In this document: positions 48,757 through 61,768 of the stretch, piece after piece
How the letters are laid out: every line of letters starts with the position of its first letter
Numbering within the stretch: the first letter of the stretch is position 1
Origin: an uncultured Bacteroides sp.
Lineage (GTDB): Bacteria > Bacteroidota > Bacteroidia > Bacteroidales > Bacteroidaceae
Reading direction: 5' to 3'
NCBI RefSeq assembly: GCF_963678845.2
Contig: NZ_CAXXOR010000005.1
Span: forward strand, 251,567-315,566
DNA: 64,000 nt
Program-made: the position numbers and the translations under genes
Notes under the pieces: model-generated
Told to the model about the DNA's origin: nothing
Seen by the model: the letters and a program-made list of their open reading frames with translations, nothing else
Database searches by the model: none

Positions 48757-49857
48757 TTATTTAAAAGACAAGAACCGTAAATATTTAATTTTGAGAAAAA
48801 GATAATTCAGCAACAAGGGTATAACCAAACCCACAATTGAGTAATATATCCAAAACACTTCATTATGATATGAAATCACAGGGTGACATGCAATCATTAA
48901 AGGATCATAGCCATAATATGCTATCTTTATAAAACTTACAATTTTAAAACTTATAAAATGAAATACTATAATAGGCATTGTGTTATCACCTAAATACAGA
49001 AGACCTTTTTTTATATATACAAAAATAATATTCTCACTAATAACATTATCAAACCAGGATGAGAATTTATATGTCATAATCCACCCTACGATAGCTGGAA
49101 TAAATGTTCCCAGGTATAGCTTCAATTTAGGATTTGTACTTAGAGAAGTGGGATTAAAATAAGAGATCAGACAAACTATAATGAAAGAAGATATCAATAT
49201 AAGATTATCATATTTCAGTTTGCCATCCATTCTGGAATTACGGAATAGAAAACCAACGCCTATATAAAACAGTCCGTAGATTTCCCTTATCCCTCCCTGG
49301 GGTATATATGGCAGATTAATCCTCATATATGACATTACAAATCCGGTTGCAAATGCCATAAAGCAAATTATTAAAGCTGTATTTATATGTTTCAGATGAA
49401 ATAGTTTATCTATGACATAGAACAACAAGCAAAAGACTATACTAGCAACAAATAATGAACGTAAAAACCAGAATGTTCCTAAAATAGCAGGCTCATAACT
49501 TCCCATAGTAGTTAGTATATGAAACGCTTTATCTAAAATAATCTTATAACTATATAAAGTAGTACCTCCAAACCTAGCGTTCAGTATGTTTGCCTTAAAC
49601 AGCAAATTGTGTAAAAGAAGAAAAATAAAGCTCCATTTAACGAATGGTATATATAAACCTTTGAACCTCTTTTTTATAAATGAAATTTTATTGTCCAGGT
49701 TCTTTGTTGAGAAGAAATAGCCTGAAGCAATAAAAAACAAAGGCATATGAAAGGCATAAATAAACCTGCCAACAAAAGAAGGACTACCAGCATGACCAAT
49801 AACCATTAGAATTATACCAATAGCCTTACAAATAGAAATAGTATTGTTTCTCATCAT
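48757..49857 (-). CDS. Acyltransferase-3 family membrane protein
   Basis: ICKAIGIILMVIGH, FHMPLFFIASGY, FWFL; about 10 TM helices; visibly AT-rich. Confidence 0.85.
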   Translation of the reverse strand: MMRNNTISICKAIGIILMVIGHAGSPSFVGRFIYAFHMPLFFIASGYFFSTKNLDNKISFIKKRFKGLYIPFVKWSFIFLLLHNLLFKANILNARFGGTTLYSYKIILDKAFHILTTMGSYEPAILGTFWFLRSLFVASIVFCLLFYVIDKLFHLKHINTALIICFMAFATGFVMSYMRINLPYIPQGGIREIYGLFYIGVGFLFRNSRMDGKLKYDNLILISSFIIVCLISYFNPTSLSTNPKLKLYLGTFIPAIVGWIMTYKFSSWFDNVISENIIFVYIKKGLLYLGDNTMPIIVFHFISFKIVSFIKIAYYGYDPLMIACHPVISYHNEVFWIYYSIVGLVIPLLLNYLFLKIKYLRFLSFK

Positions 49858-49890
49858 TAGTCCTCCTTTAATATGTGAGACTTACAGAAT

Positions 49891-49931
49891 AAAAAAGCCG
49901 TTACGAAAAATATTCATAACGGCTTAATTTT
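49891..49931 (-). terminator. Terminator after tRNA-Ile2
   Basis: aagccgtta ... taacggctt stem flanked by A/T tracts. Confidence 0.65.
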
Positions 49932-49937
49932 TGAAGG

Positions 49938-50011
49938 TGGGCCATCTTGGGCTTGAACCAAGGACCTCCAGATTATGAGTCTGTTGCTCTAACCAACTGA
50001 GCTAAAAGCCC
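49938..50011 (-). tRNA. tRNA with CAT anticodon, most likely tRNA-Ile2 (lysidine)
   Basis: GGGCTTTTAGCTCAG...CAGACT-CAT-AATCTG...GGTTCAAGCC...ATGGCCCA; no C1:A72 mismatch or GGG/CCC anticodon stem of the initiator. Confidence 0.88.
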
Positions 50012-50137
50012 ATGCGTCCATTTGTTGGATGCGGGTACAAAAGTAGAAAGTTTTCGTGAATTATGCAAGTCTTTCAATGAAAAAATAGAGAAATTATATA
50101 CCTTTGCCCTGCAAATAACAAATAATTTATTTGCAAC

Positions 50138-50791
50138 ATGAGAAAAGACTACCAATATTTGCTGCTTGATTTAGACGGAACAATAACCGATCCTATGATT
50201 GGAATCACCCGTTCCGTGGAATATGCCTTGTCTTACTTTAATATAAAAGTAAACCGTCTGGAAGAACTTTGTCCCTTCATTGGCCCTCCTCTTATTGATT
50301 CATTTAAAGAGTTCTATAATTTCACAGATGAACAGGCACAAATCGCTTTGAAGAAATATAGAGAATACTTTTCCGCAAAAGGAATTTTCGAGAATATTGT
50401 TTATGATGGCATTGAAGAATTCTTCCAAATTCAAATAAGTCAAGGAAGAAAGCTAATGCTTGCCACCTCAAAGCCTGAACCATTTGCTAAAAAGATCCTT
50501 GAGCATTTCAAACTGGATCACTACTTTTCTTTCGTTGGCGGAGCTACTTTAGATGGAACCCGCTCTACCAAGGCGGATGTAATCAGATATGTGCTCGAGG
50601 AAAACCATATTACTGATTTATCAGTCACAATAATGATTGGTGATCGCAAGCATGATATAGAAGGAGCTAAGAATAATGGTATAGATTCTATCGGAGTATT
50701 ATATGGTTATGGCGATAAAGCTGAACTGGGAAATGCTGGTGCTGATTATATTGTTGAATGTATTAATGAACTCACCTGGTTGCTTTCATAA
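50138..50791 (+). CDS. HAD-family hydrolase (phosphoglycolate-phosphatase-like)
   Basis: LLDLDGTITD, ATSKP, IGDRKHD. Confidence 0.88.
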   Translation: MRKDYQYLLLDLDGTITDPMIGITRSVEYALSYFNIKVNRLEELCPFIGPPLIDSFKEFYNFTDEQAQIALKKYREYFSAKGIFENIVYDGIEEFFQIQISQGRKLMLATSKPEPFAKKILEHFKLDHYFSFVGGATLDGTRSTKADVIRYVLEENHITDLSVTIMIGDRKHDIEGAKNNGIDSIGVLYGYGDKAELGNAGADYIVECINELTWLLS

Positions 50792-50843
50792 AAGCAGATT
50801 AATAATTATTTAACATCCTGTTTTTTCAAAAAAAATACAATCT

Positions 50844-51245
50844 TTATTTACCATGGATAACCTTTAGTACCTTCCCATCCTTTTTCTGTATTTCTATATA
50901 AGGAACTCCTCCTTGATAATCTTTAGGAAGCGTTCCTTCAATAATCCATACGCCATTCTTTAGCTCTATACAATATGGTCTGCTGCTATAAATCTTCTGC
51001 CCATAAATAGAAAACAATATTACCTCAGCCATTTTCATTGCAGTTTCTTCATTGGGAACTATATCTCTTTTCACAAGATTGCTTGGTCCAATATTTCTCG
51101 ATCGAAATTCAGCATAGGCAGAATCAACTTTTACCCAATCCTTAGCAATTGATATACTATTTTCTTTTTGATAAACTTCCTTGCAGTTCTTCTTACAAGA
51201 AATTAATGTTGCTAAAACAAGCAAAACGGCACATGTGTATTTCAT
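50844..51245 (-). CDS. NTF2-fold (YbbC/YhhH-like) putative immunity lipoprotein
   Basis: LISC lipobox; VPNEETA..AE..L..IYG...W...G......GG...I.K.DGKV...HGK family pattern. Confidence 0.7.
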   Translation of the reverse strand: MKYTCAVLLVLATLISCKKNCKEVYQKENSISIAKDWVKVDSAYAEFRSRNIGPSNLVKRDIVPNEETAMKMAEVILFSIYGQKIYSSRPYCIELKNGVWIIEGTLPKDYQGGVPYIEIQKKDGKVLKVIHGK

Positions 51246-51650
51246 ATCAGTCTATTTTAATTTGACAAATATATAAACAAATTGATTATAAATAAAAAAA
51301 TCGCCTTTTAACACATACTTTTGAAAATATAGAATACATTATAAATCCATTGCTCAATGATTCAACAATTATTCACCAATGGATTTTATTTATTGAGGTT
51401 TGGATTTATTTTATTGGCGGGCAATTTATAGAAGGGATTAAAGATAATTGTTAACGAATGTTTTCAATCAAAGACAAAGAGCCTTATTTTGACGAAATAA
51501 ATGCTTATAAAGGGGCATTAAAGAAGTATAATACACTGAGCAACAGCAATAAAACACTTTTTAACTCATGTTGACTACCAAAAACAGAAAAACAAAAGGT
51601 TATTTTTTGTATATCCGTTTTACTTTTTAAGATAACCACCTAAAAATCAA

Positions 51651-51710
51651 GCGCGGAAAAATTAAAACCACCCCCTATAATAACAAAAAACAGAGGGTGT
51701 TTTTCCGCGC
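51651..51710 (-). terminator. Hairpin downstream of GH97
   Basis: gcgcggaaaa ... ttttccgcgc outer stem with accccct/agagggt inner stem. Confidence 0.55.
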
Positions 51711-51745
51711 CTATTCTGAGCCACCTAATAATTGAATCGGCTACC

Positions 51746-53890
<2,145 letters not shown>

Positions 53891-53900
53891 TTATTGATAT

Positions 53901-56051
53901 TTAATTTACTTTATTCTGAGCAGTTAAAGGAACTGTAATGTTTGCATTCTTTGTCCACGGTGAAGAAAAAGATCCTTTATCTGTTATTACTATCACTTTA
54001 TAATAGCGGGAACCCAACTTCCAACTTCCAGATTCACGTTTAATTGTTGTTTTTACAAAAGCACCTGCTTGCTTTGCCGTAAAACCCGAAACCAGATAAT
54101 CTCCTTTTTTATACTGAAAACCATCTCCGGCATCCTCGTAAAGTTTTCCTCTGGCCTCTCCTTTTTTATCCGGAACAACAACCAAAGTCAATGAATCGAG
54201 TTTATATTGAGTGGTATTCTGAATAATTTTACCCATAGGAATAATTGCTCCGCCTCTAACTTTTACATCGGGTTGATATTTATCGGTTTCACTGTGCTCT
54301 CCAACAATAGAAGCTGTGCGCCAGATACCCTTCGGCAATCTGGGATTAACCGCCCATTTAGGAACAATCAGTAAATCATTCCCAACCAAAAATACCTGAT
54401 CCTCTTTTCGCAAGGTTGTATCTTTTACATCTGCAAAGAAAACTGGTCGCATCACTGGCATTCCTGTTTCAGAGGCTTCCTTGAACAAGGTATAGAAATA
54501 AGGCAACAGTCTGTATCTTCTGTTTAGTGCCGTGCGCGACACATTCTCAATTTCTGTTCCAAATGCCCAAGGTTCCTTGCTTTTTGTTTCGTTGCTTGCA
54601 TGTCCTCTCATAAATGGAAAGAAGGCATCAGTTGCAATCCACTGCCCAAAAAGTTCAGGAGTAGTGTTTTTTGTAAAGCCACCCATATCCGGGCCACTGA
54701 ATGGTTGCCCCGACAAGCCTAAGTTGAGCGACATTGGAACGGACAACTTCATATATTCCTCCGTAGAAGAGTTGTCTCCTGTCCAGGTTGCTCCGTAACG
54801 ATGACTCCCCAAATAACCGGAACGAGATAAGATGAATGGTCTTTTATCGGGATTCGTTTTCAGGATTCCCTCTCTTGAAGCTCTGATCATAAGCGTTCCA
54901 TAAACATTGTGATAACGAAGGTGAGAATCCGCAGCTAACTCGCCACCGCCTCTGTGGTGATTATCTTCAGGCATAGTTCCATCCGGGCCGTCAAATACAG
55001 AAGGTTCATTCATGTCATTCCACACTCCATCAACGCCTTTCGCCATATAGTCTTTATAAAGGTCGCCCCACCAAGCTCTTGTCTCCGGCCGTGTAAAATC
55101 AGGGAAAGCACATTTACCGGGCCATACATTTCCATTAAATTCTTTGCCATCTTTGCTCTGCACCCAATGATTTCCCTGACTTCCGGAATCATAGACAAAG
55201 TATCCTTTCTCTGCTTTTACTCCGGGATCAATCATCCAGATAGACTTAAAACCTTTATTATGCAGATAATCGTTTACTTCCTTTGGATTAGGTATTTTCT
55301 CTTTATCAAAAGTGAAAACCTTGAAGTGATCCATATAATCAATATCCATCCAAATAACATCACAAGGAAGTTTCTTTATCCGGAAAGTATCTGCCACACT
55401 TTTAATGCGGGTATCGGGCACGTAAGAGAAACGGCATTGCTGATAGCCCAAAGACCAGAGTGGCGGCAAAGCCATCTTACCAACTAAACCGGCCAATACT
55501 TTAATTACTTCCTGGGGTGAATTTCTTTTAATCACAATTACACGGAAAGCCGGGCCATCGGAGATGAAACGGATACTATCCGTAAGATCTACTCGTTGCT
55601 TCCATGTGTTATCGGCAATCACACCAAAGGCAGTACCATCACTGTTTACTCCCAGTACCCACGGATGCGACTGGTAAAGTCGCTTACCATCATCTTTCCG
55701 GAATTCATAATTATCAGTATTCCAAAGCGTAACATTCTTACCATTTCTAATTAACGATCCGGCATTTTCTCCGGTACCATATAAGCAAGTTCCCTTTGCA
55801 ACAGGTAAAGTTGCATAAGTTTTGCCATCTTTTGAGTAAAATCGAGGCCTTAAATCCCAGCTTCCGGGAATATTACCAACAGCAATTGGCTCCTTTAGCA
55901 AAGCAAATGAAGGTTTATGTGCCGCCGCATTATAATTTATCGGATAAAAAACCGACACATTCTTACCGATAAGCTTATCAGGCTGGCCGGCATGAATGAA
56001 ACCTATAGAACTTATTGTCAGCAGACAAACAAGAAGATATTTCTTCATCAT
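53901..56051 (-). CDS. GH31 alpha-glucosidase
   Basis: IWMDIDY, GVWNDMNEP (nucleophile), WTGDN, FMRGH. Confidence 0.93.
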   Translation of the reverse strand: MMKKYLLVCLLTISSIGFIHAGQPDKLIGKNVSVFYPINYNAAAHKPSFALLKEPIAVGNIPGSWDLRPRFYSKDGKTYATLPVAKGTCLYGTGENAGSLIRNGKNVTLWNTDNYEFRKDDGKRLYQSHPWVLGVNSDGTAFGVIADNTWKQRVDLTDSIRFISDGPAFRVIVIKRNSPQEVIKVLAGLVGKMALPPLWSLGYQQCRFSYVPDTRIKSVADTFRIKKLPCDVIWMDIDYMDHFKVFTFDKEKIPNPKEVNDYLHNKGFKSIWMIDPGVKAEKGYFVYDSGSQGNHWVQSKDGKEFNGNVWPGKCAFPDFTRPETRAWWGDLYKDYMAKGVDGVWNDMNEPSVFDGPDGTMPEDNHHRGGGELAADSHLRYHNVYGTLMIRASREGILKTNPDKRPFILSRSGYLGSHRYGATWTGDNSSTEEYMKLSVPMSLNLGLSGQPFSGPDMGGFTKNTTPELFGQWIATDAFFPFMRGHASNETKSKEPWAFGTEIENVSRTALNRRYRLLPYFYTLFKEASETGMPVMRPVFFADVKDTTLRKEDQVFLVGNDLLIVPKWAVNPRLPKGIWRTASIVGEHSETDKYQPDVKVRGGAIIPMGKIIQNTTQYKLDSLTLVVVPDKKGEARGKLYEDAGDGFQYKKGDYLVSGFTAKQAGAFVKTTIKRESGSWKLGSRYYKVIVITDKGSFSSPWTKNANITVPLTAQNKVN

Positions 56052-56349
56052 AATTATTACAAATAATAATGCATTCTCAATAGCATTGATTGATTAACTC
56101 TTTATTAAGTGCAAAACAAACAATTTATAATGGAAATAAGCCTATTTATGGTAAAAAACCAAATAAGCTGACAGCGCAAACGTTTTCATTAAACAAACTT
56201 CTTCCTGTTTTACTTAAATAAGGGGATTTCTGTTATATAAAAATCCTTAAAGAATAACTTATACTTCACTTTTTATTTGTTTATTTGCACCAAATTAGGG
56301 TGAAGTGTGGCCTTGCGAAAGCTTGGTTACCCAAGATGGTAATAAACAA

Positions 56350-57258
56350 ATGAATAAACTCACGATAAACGCTTGTCCTCTTTGTGGTGGAACACACCTT
56401 GATAAAAAGATGACCTGCACTGATTTTTATGCTTCCGGAGAGCAATTCGACCTGCTTCAGTGCAAAGATTGCGGTTTCCATTTTACACAGGGATTCCCGG
56501 TGGAAAAAGAAATTGGTAAATACTACGAAACGCCGGATTATATATCTCACAGCGATACGAAGAAAGGGATGATGAACGAGCTTTACCACCTGGTGCGGAT
56601 GCGGATGCTTCAAAATAAAGCAAAACTGATTAATCACACTACAGGAAAAAGCTCTGGTAAGATTCTGGATATCGGAACAGGAACAGGATATTTCTCTCAT
56701 ACCATGCAGTGCAAAGGATGGTCTGTTGAAGCCATTGAGAAAAGTGCACAAGCACGTGCGTTTGCAAAAAAGAATTTCAATCTTGATGTAAAAGATGAAT
56801 CGGGACTAAATAATTTTTCGGCTGGTTCTTTTGATGCTATCACCTTGTGGCACGTAATGGAGCACTTAGAGCACTTGGATGAGACATGGGAAAGACTTCA
56901 TGAACTATTAGCAGACAACGGATATTTGATAGTTGCAGTACCGAATTGTTCTTCTTATGACGGACAAAAATACAAAGAGTTCTGGGCTGCCTATGACGTT
57001 CCCCGCCATTTATGGCACTTTACTCCAGACACAATACAGAAGTTGGGTAACAAACATCACTTTACGCTAGTTAATTATCTCCCTATGCCTTTTGACGCCT
57101 TTTATGTGTCAATGCTGAGTGAGAAATATAAAAAGAGTTCATTCAGCTTTCTAAGAGGAATGTACACGGGTGCTATTGCCTGGTTCCATTCTTTAGGCAA
57201 TAAAGAGAAAAGTAGTTCTATAATTTATGTATTCAGAAAAAATGGTTATGAAGAGTAA
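56350..57258 (+). CDS. Class I SAM-dependent methyltransferase with N-terminal Zn-ribbon (start corrected to 56350)
   Basis: CPLC..C..C; ILDIGTGTG; WHVMEH; PRHLWHF. Confidence 0.85.
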   Translation: MNKLTINACPLCGGTHLDKKMTCTDFYASGEQFDLLQCKDCGFHFTQGFPVEKEIGKYYETPDYISHSDTKKGMMNELYHLVRMRMLQNKAKLINHTTGKSSGKILDIGTGTGYFSHTMQCKGWSVEAIEKSAQARAFAKKNFNLDVKDESGLNNFSAGSFDAITLWHVMEHLEHLDETWERLHELLADNGYLIVAVPNCSSYDGQKYKEFWAAYDVPRHLWHFTPDTIQKLGNKHHFTLVNYLPMPFDAFYVSMLSEKYKKSSFSFLRGMYTGAIAWFHSLGNKEKSSSIIYVFRKNGYEE

Positions 57259-58129
57259 ACATAAAAAAAATACTATACCATATTTCGATATTCAAAGTAT
57301 AACATCCAGCATCAGTACTATGCTTGTGTTACTTCTGCTAGGATTAGTTGTGTTCTTTGTTCTTTCGGCAAATAATCTTTCGGTTTATGTGCGTGAGAAT
57401 ATCAACTTTTCTATTCTTATCAGTGATGATATGCCTGAACCGGACATTCTCAATATGCAAAAGGAACTGAACAGAGAGCCTTTTGTCAAACAGTCAACTT
57501 ACATTTCCAAAGAACAGGCACTTAGAGAACAAAGTGTAGCAATGGGTACTGACCCTGAAGAATTTTTAGGATACAATCCTTTTACCGCCTCTCTTGAGGT
57601 GAAACTGAACTCTGCCTATGCTAATTCAGACAGCATCGCTAAGATTGAGAAAAAGATAAAAAGGAATACGAATATTAAAGAAATACTATATCAAAAAGAT
57701 CTGATTGATTCTGTAAACAAGAATATACGTAACATCAGTCTGGTATTACTTTGTCTTGCAGGGCTACTTACTCTGATCTCTTTTGCACTGATTAACAACA
57801 CAATCCGTTTGACTATACATTCTAAAAGATTTCTGATTCATACCATGAAACTGGTTGGAGCCAGCTGGGGATTTATCCGAAAACCTTTTCTTATACGGAA
57901 TATCTGGATTGGAGTGATTTCTGCTATTGCAGCTGATGCTTTATTGATGGGGGGAGCTTATACATTAGTAACGTACGAACCGGAAATGATTTCCATCGTG
58001 ACGCCAAATGTTATGCTTATTGTTTCAGCATCTGTATTGCTTTTCGGGATCATTATCACATTCTTATGTGCTTATCTTTCTATAAACAGATACTTAAAAA
58101 TGAAAGCTAGCACCCTCTATTACATTTAA
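57248..58129 (+). CDS. ftsX: Cell-division permease FtsX (start corrected to 57248)
   Basis: TM1, periplasmic domain (SKEQAL...NP), NTIRL...IHTMKLVGA motif. Confidence 0.92.
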   Translation: MKSKHKKNTIPYFDIQSITSSISTMLVLLLLGLVVFFVLSANNLSVYVRENINFSILISDDMPEPDILNMQKELNREPFVKQSTYISKEQALREQSVAMGTDPEEFLGYNPFTASLEVKLNSAYANSDSIAKIEKKIKRNTNIKEILYQKDLIDSVNKNIRNISLVLLCLAGLLTLISFALINNTIRLTIHSKRFLIHTMKLVGASWGFIRKPFLIRNIWIGVISAIAADALLMGGAYTLVTYEPEMISIVTPNVMLIVSASVLLFGIIITFLCAYLSINRYLKMKASTLYYI

Positions 58130-58156
58130 ACGAATAAAATATTAAAAAATAAGGAT

Positions 58157-58384
58157 ATGGACAAAAAGAAATTTGCCTTTGGTAAGACCAACTTTATCTT
58201 ACTGGCAGTAGGAATGCTTGTTGTTATTTTGGGTTTCATATTAATGACAGGCTCTTCAACAACTGAAACAACTTTCCAACCGGATATTTTCAGTGTGCGT
58301 AGAATAAAAGTAGCTCCTGTAGTTTGTTTCTTCGGATTCATTTTTATGATCTATGGAGTTATTCGTAAACCAAAAGCTGAGTAA
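58157..58384 (+). CDS. DUF3098-like small membrane protein
   Basis: FGKTNFILL...GFILM...IFS.RRI.VAP pattern; position between ftsX and uppP. Confidence 0.75.
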   Translation: MDKKKFAFGKTNFILLAVGMLVVILGFILMTGSSTTETTFQPDIFSVRRIKVAPVVCFFGFIFMIYGVIRKPKAE

Positions 58385-58389
58385 TAGAA

Positions 58390-59283
58390 ATGGGAGATTT
58401 AACATTATTGCAAACTATTCTTATTGCTATAGTTGAAGGACTAACTGAATTTCTGCCAGTATCTTCTACCGGACACATGATTATTGCACAAAGTATGCTG
58501 GGAGTACAAAGTACTGAGTTTGTAAAGGCATTTACAGTCATTATTCAGTTTGGAGCAATTCTATCCGTAGTGGTTCTTTATTGGAATCGTTTTTTTAAAC
58601 TTAATAAGTGCAAAGTCTTTGATAAAGAAGCGGCAGCCGATAAACCTTTTCTAGGAAAAGTTGTTGTTTATCTCAAAAGATTTATATATAAGTTTGATTT
58701 CTACTGGAAGCTCTTAGTTGCATTTATTCCTGCAGCTGTAATCGGTTTCATTTTTAGCAATAAAATTGATGAACTACTGGAAAGCGTAGAGGTAGTTGCA
58801 GTGATGCTGGTAATTGGTGGAGTATTCATGCTTTTTGTTGATAAGATATTTACCAAAGTAGATGAAAGCAAAGGCATGACTGAAAAAAAAGCATTGAGCA
58901 TTGGTTTTTTCCAATGTGTTGCCATGATACCAGGTGTATCTCGTTCAATGGCTACAATTGTGGGTGGTATGGCACAAAAGATGTCAAGAAAAACCGCTGC
59001 TGAGTTTTCTTTCTTCCTAGCTGTCCCTACTATGTTTGCAGCTACAGCATACAAGTTATACAAACTTGTTGCAGTACCAGGCGGAGTTAATGTTTTAAGT
59101 CAGAACATCGGAGCTTTAGTTATAGGAAATGTTGTGGCTTTCATTGTCGCACTACTTGCTATCAAATTCTTTATCAGCTTTGTGACCAAATACGGATTCA
59201 AAGCATTTGGTTATTACCGTATCATTGTGGGAGGAATCATCTTAGTGATGTTATTATTAGGACATAATTTAGAAGTCGTTTAA
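58390..59283 (+). CDS. uppP: Undecaprenyl-diphosphate phosphatase (BacA)
   Basis: [31 protein letters not shown]. Confidence 0.96.
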   Translation: MGDLTLLQTILIAIVEGLTEFLPVSSTGHMIIAQSMLGVQSTEFVKAFTVIIQFGAILSVVVLYWNRFFKLNKCKVFDKEAAADKPFLGKVVVYLKRFIYKFDFYWKLLVAFIPAAVIGFIFSNKIDELLESVEVVAVMLVIGGVFMLFVDKIFTKVDESKGMTEKKALSIGFFQCVAMIPGVSRSMATIVGGMAQKMSRKTAAEFSFFLAVPTMFAATAYKLYKLVAVPGGVNVLSQNIGALVIGNVVAFIVALLAIKFFISFVTKYGFKAFGYYRIIVGGIILVMLLLGHNLEVV

Positions 59284-59981
59284 TGAACTTTATTGAAGGA
59301 GAAGTATTATACTTCAACAAGCCACTAACGTGGACTTCTTTTAATCTCGTGGCAAAGGTAAAATATCCTCTGCTGAGAAAACTTAGAATAAAAAAACTTA
59401 AAGTAGGACATGCCGGAACTCTTGATCCGCTGGCTACAGGTGTAATGATTATATGCACGGGTAAAGCAACCAAGCGAATCGAAGAATTTCAGTATCAAAC
59501 AAAAGAATACATTGCCACAATAGAGCTGGGAGCAACAACTCCTTCCTATGATCTGGAAAAAGAGATTGATGCTACTTACCCCACGGAACATATTACCCGT
59601 GAACTGGTAGAAGATACTCTGAAGAAATTTATCGGAAGTATTGAACAGATTCCTCCAGCCTTCTCAGCCTGTAAAATAGATGGCGAAAGGGCTTACGAAC
59701 TGGCCAGAGCCGGAAAAGAGGTAGAACTGAAACCGAAGACTTTAGTTATTGATGAAATTGAATTACTGGAGTGTAATTTACCTGCAATAAAGATTCGGGT
59801 GGTATGCAGCAAAGGCACATATATACGTGCTTTGGCAAGAGATATTGGAGAGGCGCTGAACAGCGGTGCTCACCTCACCGGACTAATCCGCACTCGTGTG
59901 GGAGATGTCAAACTGGAACATTGCATGGAAATAGAGAATTTCGTGGAATGGCTCGAAAAACAAGAAATAGAAGTAAACTAA
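59283..59981 (+). CDS. truB: tRNA pseudouridine(55) synthase
   Basis: KVGHAGTLDPLATG, CSKGTYIRAL. Confidence 0.96.
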   Translation: MNFIEGEVLYFNKPLTWTSFNLVAKVKYPLLRKLRIKKLKVGHAGTLDPLATGVMIICTGKATKRIEEFQYQTKEYIATIELGATTPSYDLEKEIDATYPTEHITRELVEDTLKKFIGSIEQIPPAFSACKIDGERAYELARAGKEVELKPKTLVIDEIELLECNLPAIKIRVVCSKGTYIRALARDIGEALNSGAHLTGLIRTRVGDVKLEHCMEIENFVEWLEKQEIEVN

Positions 59982-59998
59982 CGTAAAGAAAAGAAAAT

Positions 59999-61054
59999 AT
60001 GAAACTATCACAATTTAAATTTAAGCTTCCTGAGGATAAAATCGCATTGCACCCTGCAAGGTACAGAGATGAATCCCGTTTGATGGTTCTTCATAAGAAG
60101 ACTGGTGAAATTGAACATAGAGAGTTTAAAAATCTCTTAGATTATTTTGATGATAAGGATGTTTTTATATTCAATGATACAAAGGTATTCCCTGCCCGTC
60201 TTTACGGAAACAAGGAAAAAACCGGTGCACGCATTGAAGTATTCTTATTACGTGAGTTGAACGAAGAACTTCGTTTATGGGACGTATTAGTTGATCCTGC
60301 TCGTAAAATCAGAATTGGTAATAAACTATATTTTGGTGACGACGATTCAATGGTTGCCGAAGTTATTGACAACACTACTTCGCGCGGACGTACTTTGCGT
60401 TTCCTTTATGACGGACCTCATGAGGAATTCAAGAAAGCACTTTATGCTCTTGGTGAGACTCCACTGCCTCATACCATTGTTAACCGCCCCGTTGAACCTG
60501 AAGACGAAGAAAGATTCCAATCAATCTTTGCTAAGCATGAAGGAGCTGTTACAGCACCAACAGCAAGTCTTCACTTTAGCCGCGAATTAATGAAGCGTAT
60601 GGAGATTAAAGGAATAGACTTTGCATTTGTAACCATGCATGCCGGCCTTGGTAACTTCCGCGATATTGATGTGGAAGACCTTACCAAACACAAAATGGAT
60701 TCAGAGCAAATGTTTGTTTCTGAACAAGCTGTTAAGATAGTTAATGAAGCTAAAGATGCAAACAGAAATATCTGCGCTGTAGGTACTACTGTGATGAGAG
60801 CCATTGAAAGTACTGTAAGTACTGACGGACACCTGAAGACTTTTGAAGGATGGACTAATAAATTTATTTTCCCTCCTTATGAATTCACTGTGGCCAATTC
60901 AATGATTTCCAATTTCCACATGCCTCTTTCCACATTGCTTATGATTGTTGCTGCATTCGGAGGATATGATTTGGTTATGGATGCTTATCAGGTAGCATTA
61001 AAAGAAGGTTATCGCTTCGGTACTTACGGAGATGCAATGTTGATTTTAGATTAA
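59999..61054 (+). CDS. queA: S-adenosylmethionine:tRNA ribosyltransferase-isomerase
   Basis: [39 protein letters not shown]. Confidence 0.96.
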   Translation: MKLSQFKFKLPEDKIALHPARYRDESRLMVLHKKTGEIEHREFKNLLDYFDDKDVFIFNDTKVFPARLYGNKEKTGARIEVFLLRELNEELRLWDVLVDPARKIRIGNKLYFGDDDSMVAEVIDNTTSRGRTLRFLYDGPHEEFKKALYALGETPLPHTIVNRPVEPEDEERFQSIFAKHEGAVTAPTASLHFSRELMKRMEIKGIDFAFVTMHAGLGNFRDIDVEDLTKHKMDSEQMFVSEQAVKIVNEAKDANRNICAVGTTVMRAIESTVSTDGHLKTFEGWTNKFIFPPYEFTVANSMISNFHMPLSTLLMIVAAFGGYDLVMDAYQVALKEGYRFGTYGDAMLILD

Positions 61055-61066
61055 TAAGGTAAAACT

Positions 61067-61534
61067 ATGGCATTGGTTTATTTCGGTTTAGGCACAAATT
61101 TGGGCGATAAAGAAAGAAACCTGTCCTTGGCTATAGATAAAATAAAAGAGCGGATTGGGAAAATTGTTTCCCAATCCGCTTTTCATTCTTCTGAACCCTG
61201 GGGATTTGAATCTACCAATTCGTTTCTCAACGCGGTTATTTGCGTGGAAACCTCGCTTTCTCCATTTCAACTTCTGGAAGAGACACAATTGATAGAAAAA
61301 CAAATTGGTAGAAGCAAAAAATCGGTTAGTAGAATCTATAAAGACAGGCTGATTGACATTGATACGCTTCTCTATGATGACTTGATACTGCATACTGAAA
61401 AGCTGGATATCCCTCATCCTCTGATGGCTGAGCGTCCTTTTGTAATGAAGCCACTCTGCGAAATTGCACCTGAACTTGTTATTCCGGGAACAGGTAAAAC
61501 TGTTCAAATGATCTGTGATGATTTATCTTTATGA
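61067..61534 (+). CDS. folK: 2-amino-4-hydroxy-6-hydroxymethyldihydropteridine diphosphokinase
   Basis: GLGTNLG, FLNAV, RLIDIDTL, IPHP. Confidence 0.95.
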   Translation: MALVYFGLGTNLGDKERNLSLAIDKIKERIGKIVSQSAFHSSEPWGFESTNSFLNAVICVETSLSPFQLLEETQLIEKQIGRSKKSVSRIYKDRLIDIDTLLYDDLILHTEKLDIPHPLMAERPFVMKPLCEIAPELVIPGTGKTVQMICDDLSL

Positions 61535-61612
61535 GTCTTAATTTCTTTTAAATTATTTGATCTAAAAGAACAGAACTCAGGAATTTAGCTATATCTTTGC
61601 ACCATCTTAAAA

Positions 61613-61660
61613 TGTGGAAAGATTTGGGCAGCTTGCAACCACAGTAAAAAATGCTAAATA
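61613..61660 (+). promoter_or_regulatory. SAM-II riboswitch in the metK leader
   Basis: P1 tgtgg/ccaca enclosing GATTT...TTGCAA, followed by AAAT-GCTAAA as in SAM-II; just downstream of a TATCTTTG promoter (61592-99). Confidence 0.75.
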
Positions 61661-61768
61661 ATAGCTTATTTAACGCGTTTCTACCTTCCAAATCCATCCC
61701 CCATTCAGGAAATTTATATAGTATAAACAGACGAATTAACAATCCGTCAACTAAAACTTTATTTATAC

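Noticed and set aside
49860-50140. tRNA-Ile2 or tRNA-Asn as integration (att) sites of an island
   Set aside because: No duplicated tRNA 3' fragment or integrase seen, and the terminator directly follows the tRNA.
51458-51574. 38-aa ORF MFSIKDKEPYF...
   Set aside because: No recognisable motif or supporting signals.
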